Shown: positions 1-12,488, counted from the stretch's first letter. The stretch is 64,000 nucleotides of DNA from Octopus sinensis (GCF_006345805.1 NC_043004.1:16802001-16866000); one strand, 5' to 3'. Notes: generated from the sequence alone by a model not told the origin. Made by a program: numbers and translations.

Positions 1-3000
1 GAACCACTCATGCATTTCATAAAATATTTAATTAGATAGAAATATATTTTTTAAATATCAGTATTTACTAAGTCAGATAATTATTTCATTGGGTAACTTA
101 AAATTTATAACACCGGTTTGTTGCATAGTAAACATACGGTTGTTAGATTATCGTAAGTTTGTTATGATTCCAAGTACGCTAAGTTATAAAATATAAAATA
201 TATATTAATTTATATATTATAAATAATTTCTTATTTACTTAATAAATTTAATGCCATATATACCAGTTTAGGCATTAAAAAATAGAAGGGGAAGTACTAA
301 TGCAAACGCATATGAGAACATCACAGAAATTTTAAAAAAATTTATATTATAAATACTTAAGATAAAATGTGATAAAATAAATAAGAAGGAATAAATACGA
401 AGGAATAAATACGGTTATACACATATTATAAGTACAAACCAGTATATATGTATTCATATATTATTAAAATAAAATAAAAATAAATGATAGATATGTATGT
501 ATAAAACTACCCTAGTATAAGTAAATAAGTAAAAAATAAATAGATAACAAATTAGATGACTTGATATGTATGTAAAAATCTACACTTAAATAGGCAAATA
601 AATAAATAATTAGAAGACTAAATGCAGATTGATAACATTACAATAAAATAAAAAAATAATAAAGTGAATATATATGTTATATTGATGAAAGTAAATATGT
701 ATGGAAGGATAATTTAAAGTACAGATCTAGAGGGCTATAGATATAAACTAAATATATAAGGCTAGTAATATTTATAAAGCCAATGTATGTAAATGAAAAA
801 AATGAAAAAAATGAAAAAGGTTTATTAGTAAATAGCATAAGATACAAATTAAGGTGAGTACAAAGAAAGACCAAATATACAATATAAACCTGCCAAATAA
901 ACACATACAAAAAACCTATATTCTCAACCTAAACACACCAAACTCATAAAAGGTTCTCATATATTACATATTATACAATCATTACATTATCTAGAGCTAG
1001 GATATACATATATACTATGCAATATTAGAAAACTTCAAAAATCACATATTACAAGGCAAATACCAAAATGAATATGTTATTTCATGTCATATTGCATTTC
1101 CTTTAAAAAACAAACAAAAACCCACATATAAAAAAACAAGAAACAAATAATACTAGACACATCTATTATTATTATACAAATGTAGCTATAAAAATTATAA
1201 AAATATAAATTTATAAGTTGCATACTTTAGAATTATAGAAGACCACAGGTATAGTTAGTTAAAGAAGGGAGTTAAAAAATTAATAATAGTGGAAGTGCTA
1301 AGTTCTATTTGAATCTAGAAAAGGTGAACGGTAGCCTATGAATGCAAAAGAAGTTTTTTTCATTTATGTTGTTAATAATTTGCCGACCCGCTTTAATAAT
1401 GAAAAAAATTTCATTAATACATAGAGAGCATTTTTTATTTTTCCCATTATACACAGGTGCTGAAGTTAGTATTTTCCAGTTTAATCTAAAATCTAAGTTC
1501 TTACTTTTAAGTTCCCAAATGTATGCACTTAGCCCTGTAGAGTACATTCTATTTTTATTTCTAAAAGTATATCTGTGATAATTCAATCTTTGTTTTATGC
1601 TATTCATAGTTGCCCCAATATACACCCTACTACTCAATTGTGTATCTACAGTGCATTGGTAAACTACCTCCTTCCTGAGGCATTGATTACCAAATACACA
1701 TTTATTTTTGTTTCTGCAATTACAAAGATTAACAGAATGAGGAAATCTAAGATTGGTCCCCACCCCTATACTACCATTCACATTATAAGTGTTACAATTG
1801 TTATCATCATCCAAACCCAAAATCAACGAATGAGTTAATTTCACATTATTGGCTATATTCCTATCACTAGTACTAGTATTGGTAGTAGTAGTTTGATCTA
1901 TTACATTTATATTATCTCTAACAGGTACGGTGCACTCATTATTAGTAAGGGGGTTGTTCACATTCGTTCCAAGAAAGTTTCTGTTCCTATTATTATTAAA
2001 GAGGGGCAAATTTCCATGGTCTAAATTCAATTTTCTATCCTTATAGAAGTGATCCAGTTTCCTGTTATTAAAAGAGGAGATAATGGTGGCTAGATTATGA
2101 GTAATGCTATATCCCACTCTAACAGTACCGTTGTTAATTAAAGGACTAAATTTATTCTTATCCTTACCAAAATGCCTAAATATAACATTATGCAAAGCTC
2201 TCACTATGTTTGTTTTAATCTGCATTGCATATGGGATAATCAACCAGAGTGTATCCTTATCAGAATTAGGATTGCCTATAGAATTGTTGTTATTTGTAAA
2301 AATCCTATTCCTAGACAAACCCATATGATCACTATTCTTACCACTGTCATTGTTATATCTATCTATATCAATATTCCCATGATTATTGCGCAAGTAAACT
2401 TTACCATTATCATGTCTACCATAAGTTTTAATATGTATATTATTATTAATATTACTACTATTACCCGTATGCTCAGATCTATTTGAGCTACCGTTCACCT
2501 TTCCGAGGTTAACATCACTTCTACATTTATTATAGGTGTTATCATATATTCTATTTTTACTATTCTTATGTATATTGCTGTTTATCCTAAATCTATTGGT
2601 GTTGTTCCTGATAGTTCTACCTCCATTAGGAGGGTTCCCCTTAGGTATAAACCATATCTTACTTTTGTATCCTGCCTTAAGCAATGCTGCATTGTATCTA
2701 TCACAATGCTTGTTAAAAATTTCCTCGTTAGAGGATAAACTAGAAATTCTCTGACTAATGCCACGCACTAGTGCATTTTTAATTTGAGGGGGTGATTACT
2801 TGAACGGTTAATATATATAGGTTAGAATTAGGTTTAATATAGGGTTCATGTAAACCATTAGTAATGTTACAATTAACATCCAAATAATTAGCAGAATAAT
2901 TTTCACTTTCAATGATAATGGATAGGCCGAAACTTTTAAAAAATTTATTTATTCTTTTTTTCAGAAGATCTAATCTCCTATTAGATGTATTCTTAACACA

Positions 3001-3993
3001 AAATAAGGCGTCATCCCTGTATAATCCACCTTTTAATTCAGGGAATTCCCTACTAAAGTTATCTAATAGATACATCCCAACTAGATCAGTCACCTCCGCC
3101 GAGTCCGGCGATCCCATTGTGATATCGAACAAGTTGGGTGTGTCCTTTCTAGCCAAAGTTTATTATATCAAACTCTATTAAAGTTTTCCTGGCTGTTAAT
3201 ATAACCTTAATCTCCCCATACTTAATTTAGTGTGTTTTCTAGCAAAAATTAAGGACTTATTTAATATAATATGGTTAATGGAAGTGTAATAATTCTGTAT
3301 ATCAAATTGGATGAATTTATTTCTATTATAGCTAAAGTTGTTATTGTCACAGACCTTAATGGCAGAAAACCAGTCCAAAGCACCCTGAGTATCTTCCAAA
3401 GGTTTAGTTTTATTTTAATGCGGATGGTGGGTAGATATTTGTCTAGAATGATTTGCTTTAGTCTGCCTAAGTCAATTTAGTGGGGCAAATAATCTGACCT
3501 GTGTGTTTCCAAGAAAATTCTCTTTATGATCCTTTAGTGTATTCTCGGTCTAGATGGGGGTGTAGGGTTCCGTTTTTTCTTCTAGGTAGTAGTCAAATAT
3601 AATTCTCTGATCTCCAGTTCATTTTCTAAGTGTACTAGAAGGTACTACTTTTGTATATCTTGGTTATTTCATTGGGTAGAAGATCAACATATGCAAGGAA
3701 TGTCAATATTGAGATATTGCTGGTTTTGTCAGAATGTTTAGACTGCCGCTCTTACCTTTGAGAGTTCTAATTAAATCTTTCAATTCCTTTGGTGCGGGTT
3801 ATATCTTAAAGGATGATTTCTAATGTTATGTTTTTTATAGTCTCCCATATTTCTGTTCAAATTGTCTAGATGTATATTTGGTGGAGGAGACTTCCTAGAT
3901 TTAAATGTAGTGCCTGTTTATTTTAATCTTTCTTCATAGGTACTTCCATTCCATTACGGACGTTCCCCAGTATTGTTTGGTTTCTACACAATA
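1..3993 (-). mobile_element. Penelope-like retroelement, minus-strand copy (longer at the 5' end; 3' UTR runs off the window)
   Basis: Minus-strand translation gives PLE RT and GIY-YIG motifs (see pseudogene entry); long T-rich 3' UTR follows the stop at 1305. Confidence 0.93.
1305..3960 (-). pseudogene. PLE RT + GIY-YIG polyprotein, ~880 codons once several 1-bp frameshifts are bridged
   Basis: Motifs in order: FKSRKSPP, SDKTSN, TLKDHKENF, WKDTQGALDWF, motif A FIQFDIQNYYTSI, motif B FDITMGSPDSAEVTDLVG, motif C GLYRDD, motif E NYLDV, thumb HEPYIKP..SNHP, WLIIPYAMQIKTN, CNCRNKNKCVFGNQC, VVYQC..VYIGAT, KQRLNYH, KCSLCINE, CIH. The segment 1305-2768 is open for 487 codons. Confidence 0.92.
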
Positions 3994-4511
3994 GACATGA
4001 AATAATATATTCATTTGGTATTTGCCTTGTATATGGATTTTTGAAGTTTTCCTAATATTGCATAGTAGATTGTATATCCTAGCTCTAGATAGTATGAATT
4101 GTATAACCGTAATATATGAAGGAGCCTTTTATGAGTTTGGTGTGTTTTAGGTTTGAGAATATAGGTTTTTTGTATGTTTTATTTGGCAGGTTTATTTGTC
4201 TATTTGGTCTTTCTTTGTACTCCCTTAATTTCATCTAAATGCTATTTAACTAATAAACCTTTTCATTTTTTCATGTTTTTCATCTTACATACACTTGGTT
4301 TATAAATATTACTATCCTTATATATTTAGTTTATATATATAGCCCTCTAGATCTGTATTTACATTAATCCTTCCATACATATTTACTTCATCAATATACA
4401 TATATATTCCTTTATTTATTTTTTTTATTTATTGTTAATGTTATAATCTCTGCAAATTAGTCTTAATTATTTATTTTTTGCCTAGAAAGGTACACTTTTC
4501 CATACATATCA
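3994..4511 (+). repeat. Third, indel-rich copy of part of the PLE 3' UTR (matches 6542-7073)
   Basis: Collinear with 6542-7073 from gacatgaaataa to catacatatca, with many small indels and a net ~14 bp loss. Confidence 0.9.
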
Positions 4512-6325
4512 CAATGGGATCGCCGGACTCGGCGGAGGTGACTGATCTAGTTGGGATGTATCTATTAGATAACTTTAGTAGGGAATTCCCTGAATTAAAA
4601 GGTGGATTATACAGGGATGACGCCTTATTTTGTGTTAAGAATACATCTAATAGGAGATTAGATCTTCTGAAAAAAAGAATAAATAAATTTTTTAAAAGTT
4701 TCGGCCTATCCATTATCATTGAAAGTGAAAATTATTCTGCTAATTATTTGGATGTTAATTGTAACATTACTAATGGTTTACATGAACCCTATATTAAACC
4801 TAATTCTAACCTAATATATATTAACCGTTCAAGTAATCACCCCCTCAAATTAAAAATGCACTAGTGCGTGGCATTAGTCAGAGAATTTCTAGTTTATCCT
4901 CTAACGAGGAAATTTTTAACAAGCATTGTGATAGATACAATGCAGCATTGCTTAAGGCAGGATACAAAAGTAAGATATGGTTTATACCTAAGGGGAACCC
5001 TCCTAATGGAGGTAGAACTATCAGGAACAACACCAATAGATTTAGGATAAACAGCAATATACATAAGAATAGTAAAAATAGAATATATGATAACACCTAT
5101 AATAAATGTAGAAGTGATGTTAACCTCGGAAAGGTGAACGGTAGCTCAAATAGATCTGAGCATACGGGTAATAGTAGTAATATTAATAATAATATACATA
5201 TTAAAACTTATGGTAGACATGATAATGGTAAAGTTTACTTGCGCAATAATCATGGGAATATTGATATAGATAGATATAACAATGACAGTGGTAAGAATAG
5301 TGATCATATGGGTTTGTCTAGGAATAGGATTTTTACAAATAACAACAATTCTATAGGCAATCCTAATTCTGATAAGGATACACTCTGGTTGATTATCCCA
5401 TATGCAATGCAGATTAAAACAAACATAGTGAGAGCTTTGCATAATGTTATATTTAGGCATTTTGGTAAGGATAAGAATAAATTTAGTCCTTTAATTAACA
5501 ACGGTACTGTTAGAGTGGGATATAGCATTACTCATAATCTAGCCACCATTATCTCCTCTTTTAATAACAGGAAACTGGATCACTTCTATAAGGATAGAAA
5601 ATTGAATTTAGACCATGGAAATTTGCCCCTCTTTAATAATAATAGGAACAGAACACTTTCTTGGAACGAATGTGAACAACCCCCTTACTAATAATGAGTG
5701 CACCGTACCTGTTAGAGATATATAAATGTAATAGATCAAACTACTACTACCAATACTAGTACTAGTGATAGGAATATAGCCAATAATGTGAAATTAACTC
5801 ATTCGTTGATTTTGGGTTTGGATGATGATAACAATTGTAACACTTATAATGTGAATGGTAGTATAGGGGTGGGGACCAATCTTAGATTTCCTCATTCTGT
5901 TAATCTTTGTAATTGCAGAAACAAAAATAAATGTGTATTTGGTAATCAATGCCTCAGGAAGGAGGTAGTTTACCAATGCACTGTAGATACACAATTGAGT
6001 AGTAGGGTGTATATTGGGGCAACTATGAATAGCATAAAACAAAGATTGAATTATCACAGATATACTTTTAGAAATAAAAATAGAATGTACTCTACAGGGC
6101 TAAGTGCATACATTTGGGAACTTAAAAGTAAGAACTTAGATTTTAGATTAAACTGGAAAATACTAACTTCAGCACCTGTGTATAATGGGAAAAATAAAAT
6201 GCTCTCTATGTATTAATGACATTTTTTTCATTATTAAAGCGGGTCGGCAAATTATTAACAACATAAATGAAAAAAACTTCTTTTGCATTCATAGGCTACC
6301 GTTCACCTTTTCTAGATTCAAATAG
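4506..6325 (+). pseudogene. PLE RT C-terminal half + GIY-YIG (frameshifted)
   Basis: ORF-track pieces 4478-4864, 4864-5691 and 5788-6216 together mirror the left-arm protein; breaks are single-base indels. Confidence 0.9.
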
Positions 6326-8352
6326 AACTTAGCACTTCCACTATTATTAATTTTTTAACTCCCTTCTTTAACTAACTATACCTGTGGTCTTCTATAATTC
6401 TAAAGTATGCAACTTATAAATTTATATTTTTATAATTTTTATAGCTACATTTGTATAATAATAATAGATGTGTCTAGTATTATTTGTTTCTTGTTTTTTT
6501 ATATGTGGGTTTTTGTTTGTTTTTTAAAGGAAATGCAATATGACATGAAATAACATATTCATTTTGGTATTTGCCTTGTAATATGTGATTTTTGAAGTTT
6601 TCTAATATTGCATAGTATATATGTATATCCTAGCTCTAGATAATGTAATGATATTGTATAATATGTAATATATGAGAACCTTTTATGAGTTTGGTGTGTT
6701 TAGGTTGAGAATATAGGTTTTTTGTATGTGTTTATTTGGCAGGTTTATATTGTATATTTGGTCTTTCTTTGTACTCACCTTAATTTGTATCTTATGCTAT
6801 TTACTAATAAACCTTTTTCATTTTTTTCATTTTTTCATTTACATACACTTGGCTTTATAAATATTACTAGCCTTATATATTTAGTTTATATCTATAGCCC
6901 TCTAGATCTGTACTTTAAATTATCCTTCCATACATATTTACTTTCATCAATATAACATATATATTCACTTTATTTATTTTTTTATTTTATTGTAATGTTA
7001 TCAATCTCTGCATTTAGTCTTCTAATTATTTATTTATTTGCCTATTTAAGTGTAGATTTTTACATACATATCAAGTCATCTAATTTGTTATCTATTTATT
7101 TTTTACTTATTTACTTATACTAGGGTAGTTTTATACATACATATCTATCATTTATTTTTATTTTATTTTAATAATATATGAATACATATATACTGGTTTG
7201 TACTTATAATATGTGTATAACCGTATTTATTCCTTCGTATTTATTCCTTCTTATTTATTTTATCACATTTTATCTTAAGTATTTATAATATAAATTTTTT
7301 TAAAATTTCTGTGATGTTCTCATATGCGTTTGCATTAGTACTTCCCCTTCTATTTTTTAATGCCTAAACTGGTATACTATGGCATTAAATTTATTAAGTA
7401 AATAAGAAATTTATTTATAATATATAAATTAATATATATTTTATATTTTATAACTTAGCGTACTTGGAATCATAACAAACTTACGATAATCTAACAACCG
7501 TATGTTTACTATGCAACAAACCGGTGTTATAAATTTTAAGTTACCCAATGAAATAATTATCTGACTTAGTAACATACTGATATTTAAAAAATATATTTCT
7601 ATCTAAATTAAATATTTTATGAAATGCATGAGTGGTTCATTTTCGTTATTTGAAGCATAGTTATAATTTTGAAGGACTAAATGGTAGCATTGTTGCTTCC
7701 CTTTTTGTTTATCTATGTGCTAGTTGTTGCTTGTGATTATGTATGTGTATAAGTGTATGTGTATACATATAACTATGTGTGTATGTGCGATTGATCTGTA
7801 GATGCGCGTGTGAATATTGGCGTTCCTTGACTAACCAACCGTATAATTTCTTTTGTGATTTAAATTTCAAACCAATAGCCAATCGAATTAATCTAAATTA
7901 TCTTTACCTAGTGGTCAGCATTTCTAAACTCATAGTTATTTCGATCTTGAAAGGATGGACTTGGTGCAAACATAACTGTATCTATTATTATTATTATTAT
8001 TATTATTATTTTATATTAATAGTAATTTTTATTAACTTTTTTAGCTTTATAATTTTATGAACTGAACCATGGTTTTAATTATTATTTTTCATCTCTCTAT
8101 GTGTTAGTTTTTTTTAAAAAACTATTAGCCAATATGTATAATATCGGTGCTTATTATATTAATATATACACTGATATATATTTTGTTTTATTTTGTTCTG
8201 TTTACCTTCCATTATTGTACCAATGAGTATTATATTATATAAGTGTAGCATTATGATGTATAAGTTTTTTTTTATATTTTACATTTTTATATTTTTATAT
8301 TTATATGTATATGGTTAAATAATATTTTTCACAATTATAACAAATTTAATTT

Positions 8353-8468
8353 AATTCTCTGAAGAGGCCGTGGGGCATCCTTGTTAATGCCTCATTTATA
8401 CCTGCCTTTATGGCTTATAGGTTAAATGAGGTATGACTGCCCTCACTGCCGAAACAGCTGTCAGATTT
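8353..8468 (+). ncRNA. Type I hammerhead ribozyme with extended (~85 nt) stem II
   Basis: CTGAAGA 8359-8365; stem II GGC.GTGGGGCA / TGCCCTCAC.GCC plus inner hairpin TGCCTCATTTA / TAAATGAGGTA; GAAA 8451-8454; palindromic stem III ACAGCTGT; GTC triplet ending at 8462; stem I TCT/AGA. Confidence 0.8.
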
Positions 8469-9075
8469 GATTTAATTACATATTATATTTGAAATTTTTT
8501 TACTTATATCTCTTTGTCTATTTACTCTTACTGTATATTTTGTATAGTGCCTTTACCGATATGTAATGGTGCATTAAAGTATTGATTGAGTATCATCTGA
8601 TAGTTGATGTTTTATTGATTTAAGTATGTTTCTCCATTCTCTAATTTTGTAGTATTAATTTACGGTAATATTATTACCTTTACCCATATAATACAATAGA
8701 TGAACTGATTGTTTGACAATTTTTAACATCTATGTATTAGTCTTGTTGGGTACCTATCTGGCAGTATATTGGATATATATTATCCCATAGTGGGTTGAAT
8801 TTTCAACCCCTATCTCATTTTATAACCTATATATATATATATATATATATATATGAGTTTATTAACTTAAAGAGAGTATGAAATAATTTTCATTTGGAAC
8901 AGTGGATCTTGAAATACATAAGGCTATAAATAATAGCATGTAAATATTGAGTTATAGGATCTTTTAGATAGAAAAGCCATTCTCTTTTTTCTATCCAAGG
9001 GATGTTTTATCAAATAATTACAGATTATTATTTACAGTTTTATGTCCTTCAAGATGCACTTTCAAAAGTAAACTT

Positions 9076-9077
<2 letters not shown>

Positions 9078-9109
<32 letters not shown>

Positions 9110-9320
9110 GTGTGTGCGTGTTTGTGTGTGTGTGTGTGTTTCCTTGTGTTTGTGCTTTCCCCAATCACCGTTTGAGTTATGTACCCATAACTTAGCGGTT
9201 CAACAAAATGATTCTATAGGACAAGTAATTGAAAATAATTACTGGGGGCGACTTTTTTGACGAAACCTAAGGCGGCGCAGCAGCATGGCCGCAGTCCAAT
9301 GAGTGAAACAAGTAAGAAGG
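9078..9320 (+). mobile_element. (TG)n plus 3' half of tRNA-derived SINE family A (old copy)
   Basis: taacttagcggttc...cagcatggccgcagtc..gaaacaagtaaga matches the tails of fuller copies at 36040 and 52321. Confidence 0.7.
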
Positions 9321-10489
9321 AAAAAAAAAGATAATATATGTGTGCGTCAGTGCGTGTGCGCGTGTGATTATATATTTGTGTCTATGTATATGTTTGCGCG
9401 TGCATATAAATGTATGTATAAATATTGCGTCTGTGTGTGTGTGTGTCTGAAGAAATAAACAGAAATAAAGGAAAATATTGTGGAGAAAGAAAGTAAATTT
9501 ATCGATACCAGAAAGTCGCCTTAATAATGCCACTTCAATAGCCATCATGCAGAAAATTCAATAAAAGAGAAGTCAACAATGAAGAACTATGATAATAGGA
9601 ACGAAATGAATTTGACAGCAGCAAAATAACAACAAATTAAAAAAAGTACGAAACAAAATTGAAGTAGGAGAATTTTAATAATATGAGCATTAACAACAAA
9701 AGACATGACTGTTGGTCGCCGCTGGTTTCTGCAATTCGAAATCTGCTACTACTAGAATATTAACCACTGAATTTGCGTAGTTCTTTAATAAATAGCACCG
9801 AATTGTCTATTTCCAGTTTTAATTAATTTAGGAATCTGGTGCGTTAACCCATTAAAACGATATTTTTGTTGTAGCTTTTTTTCCCTGAGTCACTGGATTG
9901 CCTTTATTTGAATTAAACATTGGCCAATAATGTTTAACTCGCCTTGATACGGATATTAGGCTTGATTAATTAAAGTTATCATGCTCGTCACATGAAGTGT
10001 GTTACTGAGCAATTCACTAAATAATTCTCTGAAGGTGCTGTGAGTTTCATTCCACAGAGTTGTACATTATATTGTAGCATATTACATTAGATTGTTCATT
10101 TTCATGACTATAGGTATATTTACTGTGCTTTAATTCCTAAAACTGACGCTCTGCATAGAAGAATTCTGCACAAAGGCATTAACAGCATTGCAGAATGGTT
10201 AGATAGAACCACATCCGACAATAGAATCCAACCATTTAAAAATGAAATGCATGCTGTAAGCCGATGAAGAACGTAAATAAATCATGCTAGTTTCTCCACG
10301 TAAGTTGGATGGAATTATATTTGGCCCAATAAATTTTGTGTTTCGACTCATCTATCTGCAGAAGCTATTGCACACAAATGTGTTTGTAGTGGTACATTTA
10401 TTACAGAGGTAGTCAAATTTTCTTCAAGCATTTCTTCAAGTTCTTTATCTTCCAAGTTCAAATCTCCTCGAGATCGTCCTTAATTTTCC

Positions 10490-10930
10490 TCCCTCCATGG
10501 TAAATTGAAATTCCAGCGAAGTACCAGCTAAGTATTGCAGTCGATAGCATCGACTAACATCCCTTCCTTCAGAATTTCTGGGCCTTGTGCTTCGATTGAA
10601 GCACAAGTTATTAAGAGGGTGAACTGGCAGAATTGTTACCACGCCGGAAGAAATGACTCTAAGCCTTTATTAAGATTACTCGAGCGCAAGCTGCTAGAGT
10701 CGTAGGCACGGCAGCCCTAAATGCCCTTCTGTATTTCTTCCGTCTTTGGACAAATCGTCAGAACCGTCAAAACAAAATGGCTTTGATGTTCCAAGTTTCA
10801 AAACCACCGAGATCAAATATTCGTTTCCTTATTTCGGGATCAATACGATAAAGTACCAGTCAAATCATGAGGATGATGTTTTCGACTATTGTCCCTTCGC
10901 CACAAAAATTTCTGACTTGTACTTTTATTA
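10490..10930 (+). mobile_element. Degenerate head-to-tail SINE family B copies
   Basis: aagtaccag...gtcgat motifs and head-like gaactggcagaattgttaccacgccgg, similar to the copy at 38282. Confidence 0.6.
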
Positions 10931-11134
10931 GAATTCACAGCTTGCTAAGCCGGGTACTCCTCTTTGTTTCTATAGTGGCTTTATACAATTTCGTATTTTC
11001 TCTATACTTTCATTTATTTGTTCTCATTCACTCGCCTTTAATGTAACCTCTCCTCAATTATTGCGGTCTATCCCTGTAATGTTTTCTCGTCCGTTGGCAA
11101 ATAAACGAAACTATACTCATTATTATTTGTTTTC

Positions 11135-11345
11135 AGACTACTGAGCTGGCAAAAATGTGTTCTACCTATATTTCAAAGGGCCAATCTTGTCATTCTCTTT
11201 CACGCTAAATCTCCCCGAGAACAACGTTAAGGGTACATGTGTGTGTGGAGTGCTCAACAACTTGCGCGTTAATTTCACGAGCAGGAAGTTCCGTTCATTG
11301 GATCACCTGGAACATTCGTCGTTGTAACCGACGGAGAGCCAACCA
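11135..11345 (+). mobile_element. 3' part of an interspersed SINE-like repeat
   Basis: aagggtacatgtgt..gttaatttcacgagcagg..gtcgttgtaaccgacggag; recognised from memory as a cephalopod SINE-type tail, not verified. Confidence 0.45.
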
Positions 11346-11654
11346 TTGATTGCTTGTGAACCAGTAGAATCGTTAGAAAACAAATACTGTGTCTCAATAT
11401 TTGTTCTGGTTCTTTAATTTCTAACATTTAATCCCGCCTAGATCAATTACGCCTTTCATTCCTGCAGCATCAATAAAATAAATAAACCAGTCTAATACTG
11501 AATCAATGGCTTTCACTAATCCTCTCCCCTTTAAATTTCCTGTTTCGTGTCTGAATCAGAAACAATTAATATAGGTGCATTGGCAATTCGTTAGAGTAAT
11601 GTCGAAAAATGTCATGAGTTATTCTTCCTGTTTCTTGCCATTTGCGGTGAACTT

Positions 11655-12480
11655 TACTTTTTGTCCCTTCAGAGACACTAAAATTAAGTACCAGCCAAGT
11701 ACTGCGGTCGATAGCTTCGAATAACACCCCTGCTCCCAGAATTTCTGTCCTTGTGCGTCAATCGAAAGCCATCCTTATTATAGGTATTAAGAGGGCAACG
11801 TAACATTGACGTTAGCACACCGGGCTAAATGCTTAGCGGTATTTCGTCTGACTTTGCTTTTCATCCTTTCGGGGTCGATAAATTAAGTACCAGTTACGCA
11901 CTGGGGTCGATGTAATCGACTTAATCTCTTTATCTGTCCTTGTTTGTCCCCTCTATGTTTAGCCCCTTGTGGGCAATAAAGAAATAAGAATTGTTACTAC
12001 ACCGGAAGAAATGCCAATAAGCTTTTATTATTATTACCCGAACGCAAGCTGCCAGAATCGTAGGCACGGCAGCCCAAATGCCTCGCTGAGTTTCTTCCGT
12101 CTTGACGTCCTGAGTTCATATTCCACCGATGTACACTTTGCCTTCCATCTTTTCGGGACCGATAAATTAAGTACCAGTTAAGTACTGGAGGAGATGTAAT
12201 TGACTTATCCACACACCACCACTCGACATTCCTGGCCTTGTGCCTATAGTGGAAAAAGGATTATTGTGATTCTTGTGAAGGCGGTGAGCTGGCAGAATTG
12301 TTAGCACGTTGAACGGAATGCTTAGCGGTATTTCCCCCGTTACTGCGTCCTGAGTTCAAATTTCCCTGATGTCAACTTTAACTTTCATCATTTCGGTGTC
12401 GGTAAATTAAGTACCAGTTGAATACTGGGACGATGTAATCGACTATCCCCATCTCAAAATTTCATGTTTTGTGTGTATAA
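11655..12480 (+). mobile_element. Chain of about four head-to-tail SINE family B copies
   Basis: aaattaagtaccag recurs near 11681, 11880, 12165 and 12404, with gcttagcggtattt and ctgagttca head motifs between. Confidence 0.8.
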
Positions 12481-12484
12481 TAGG

Positions 12485-12488
12485 ATTA

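Larger units (their letters stand above)
1..7638. repeat. Giant inverted repeat: arms 1-3125 and 4506-7638, ~1.4 kb spacer; left arm cut by the window edge
   Basis: Base 1 onward (gaaccactcatgcatttcat) is the reverse complement of the sequence ending at 7638 (...gaaatgcatgagtggttc). Inner ends atcccattgtgatat (3111-3125) and atatcacaatgggat (4506-4520) pair. ORF track shows mirrored identical ORFs; arms differ mostly by 1-bp indels. Confidence 0.97.
4506..8828 (+). mobile_element. Penelope-like retroelement, 5'-truncated plus-strand copy with long 3' UTR and hammerhead
   Basis: Starts within RT motif B (ITMGSPDS) and carries the same ORF to TAG 6323-6325. T-rich UTR, HHR at 8353-8468, ends at (TA)n near 8828. 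Assignment of 7639-8828 to the element is inferred. Confidence 0.8.

Noticed and set aside
677-910. 77 aa hydrophobic ORF (mirror at 6722-6955)
   Set aside because: Lies in the T-rich PLE 3' UTR; F/L/I/Y bias reflects base composition; the two arms differ by a frameshifting indel.
1342-3480. Short ORFs antisense or out of frame to the PLE ORF (and mirrors 4471-6057)
   Set aside because: Shadow ORFs of the retroelement coding region.
4838-4870. Programmed -1 frameshift at the C5 run shared by both arms (SNHP/PQIKNALVRG)
   Set aside because: No XXXYYYZ slippery heptamer in frame; a one-base homopolymer under-call or a pre-duplication mutation is simpler.
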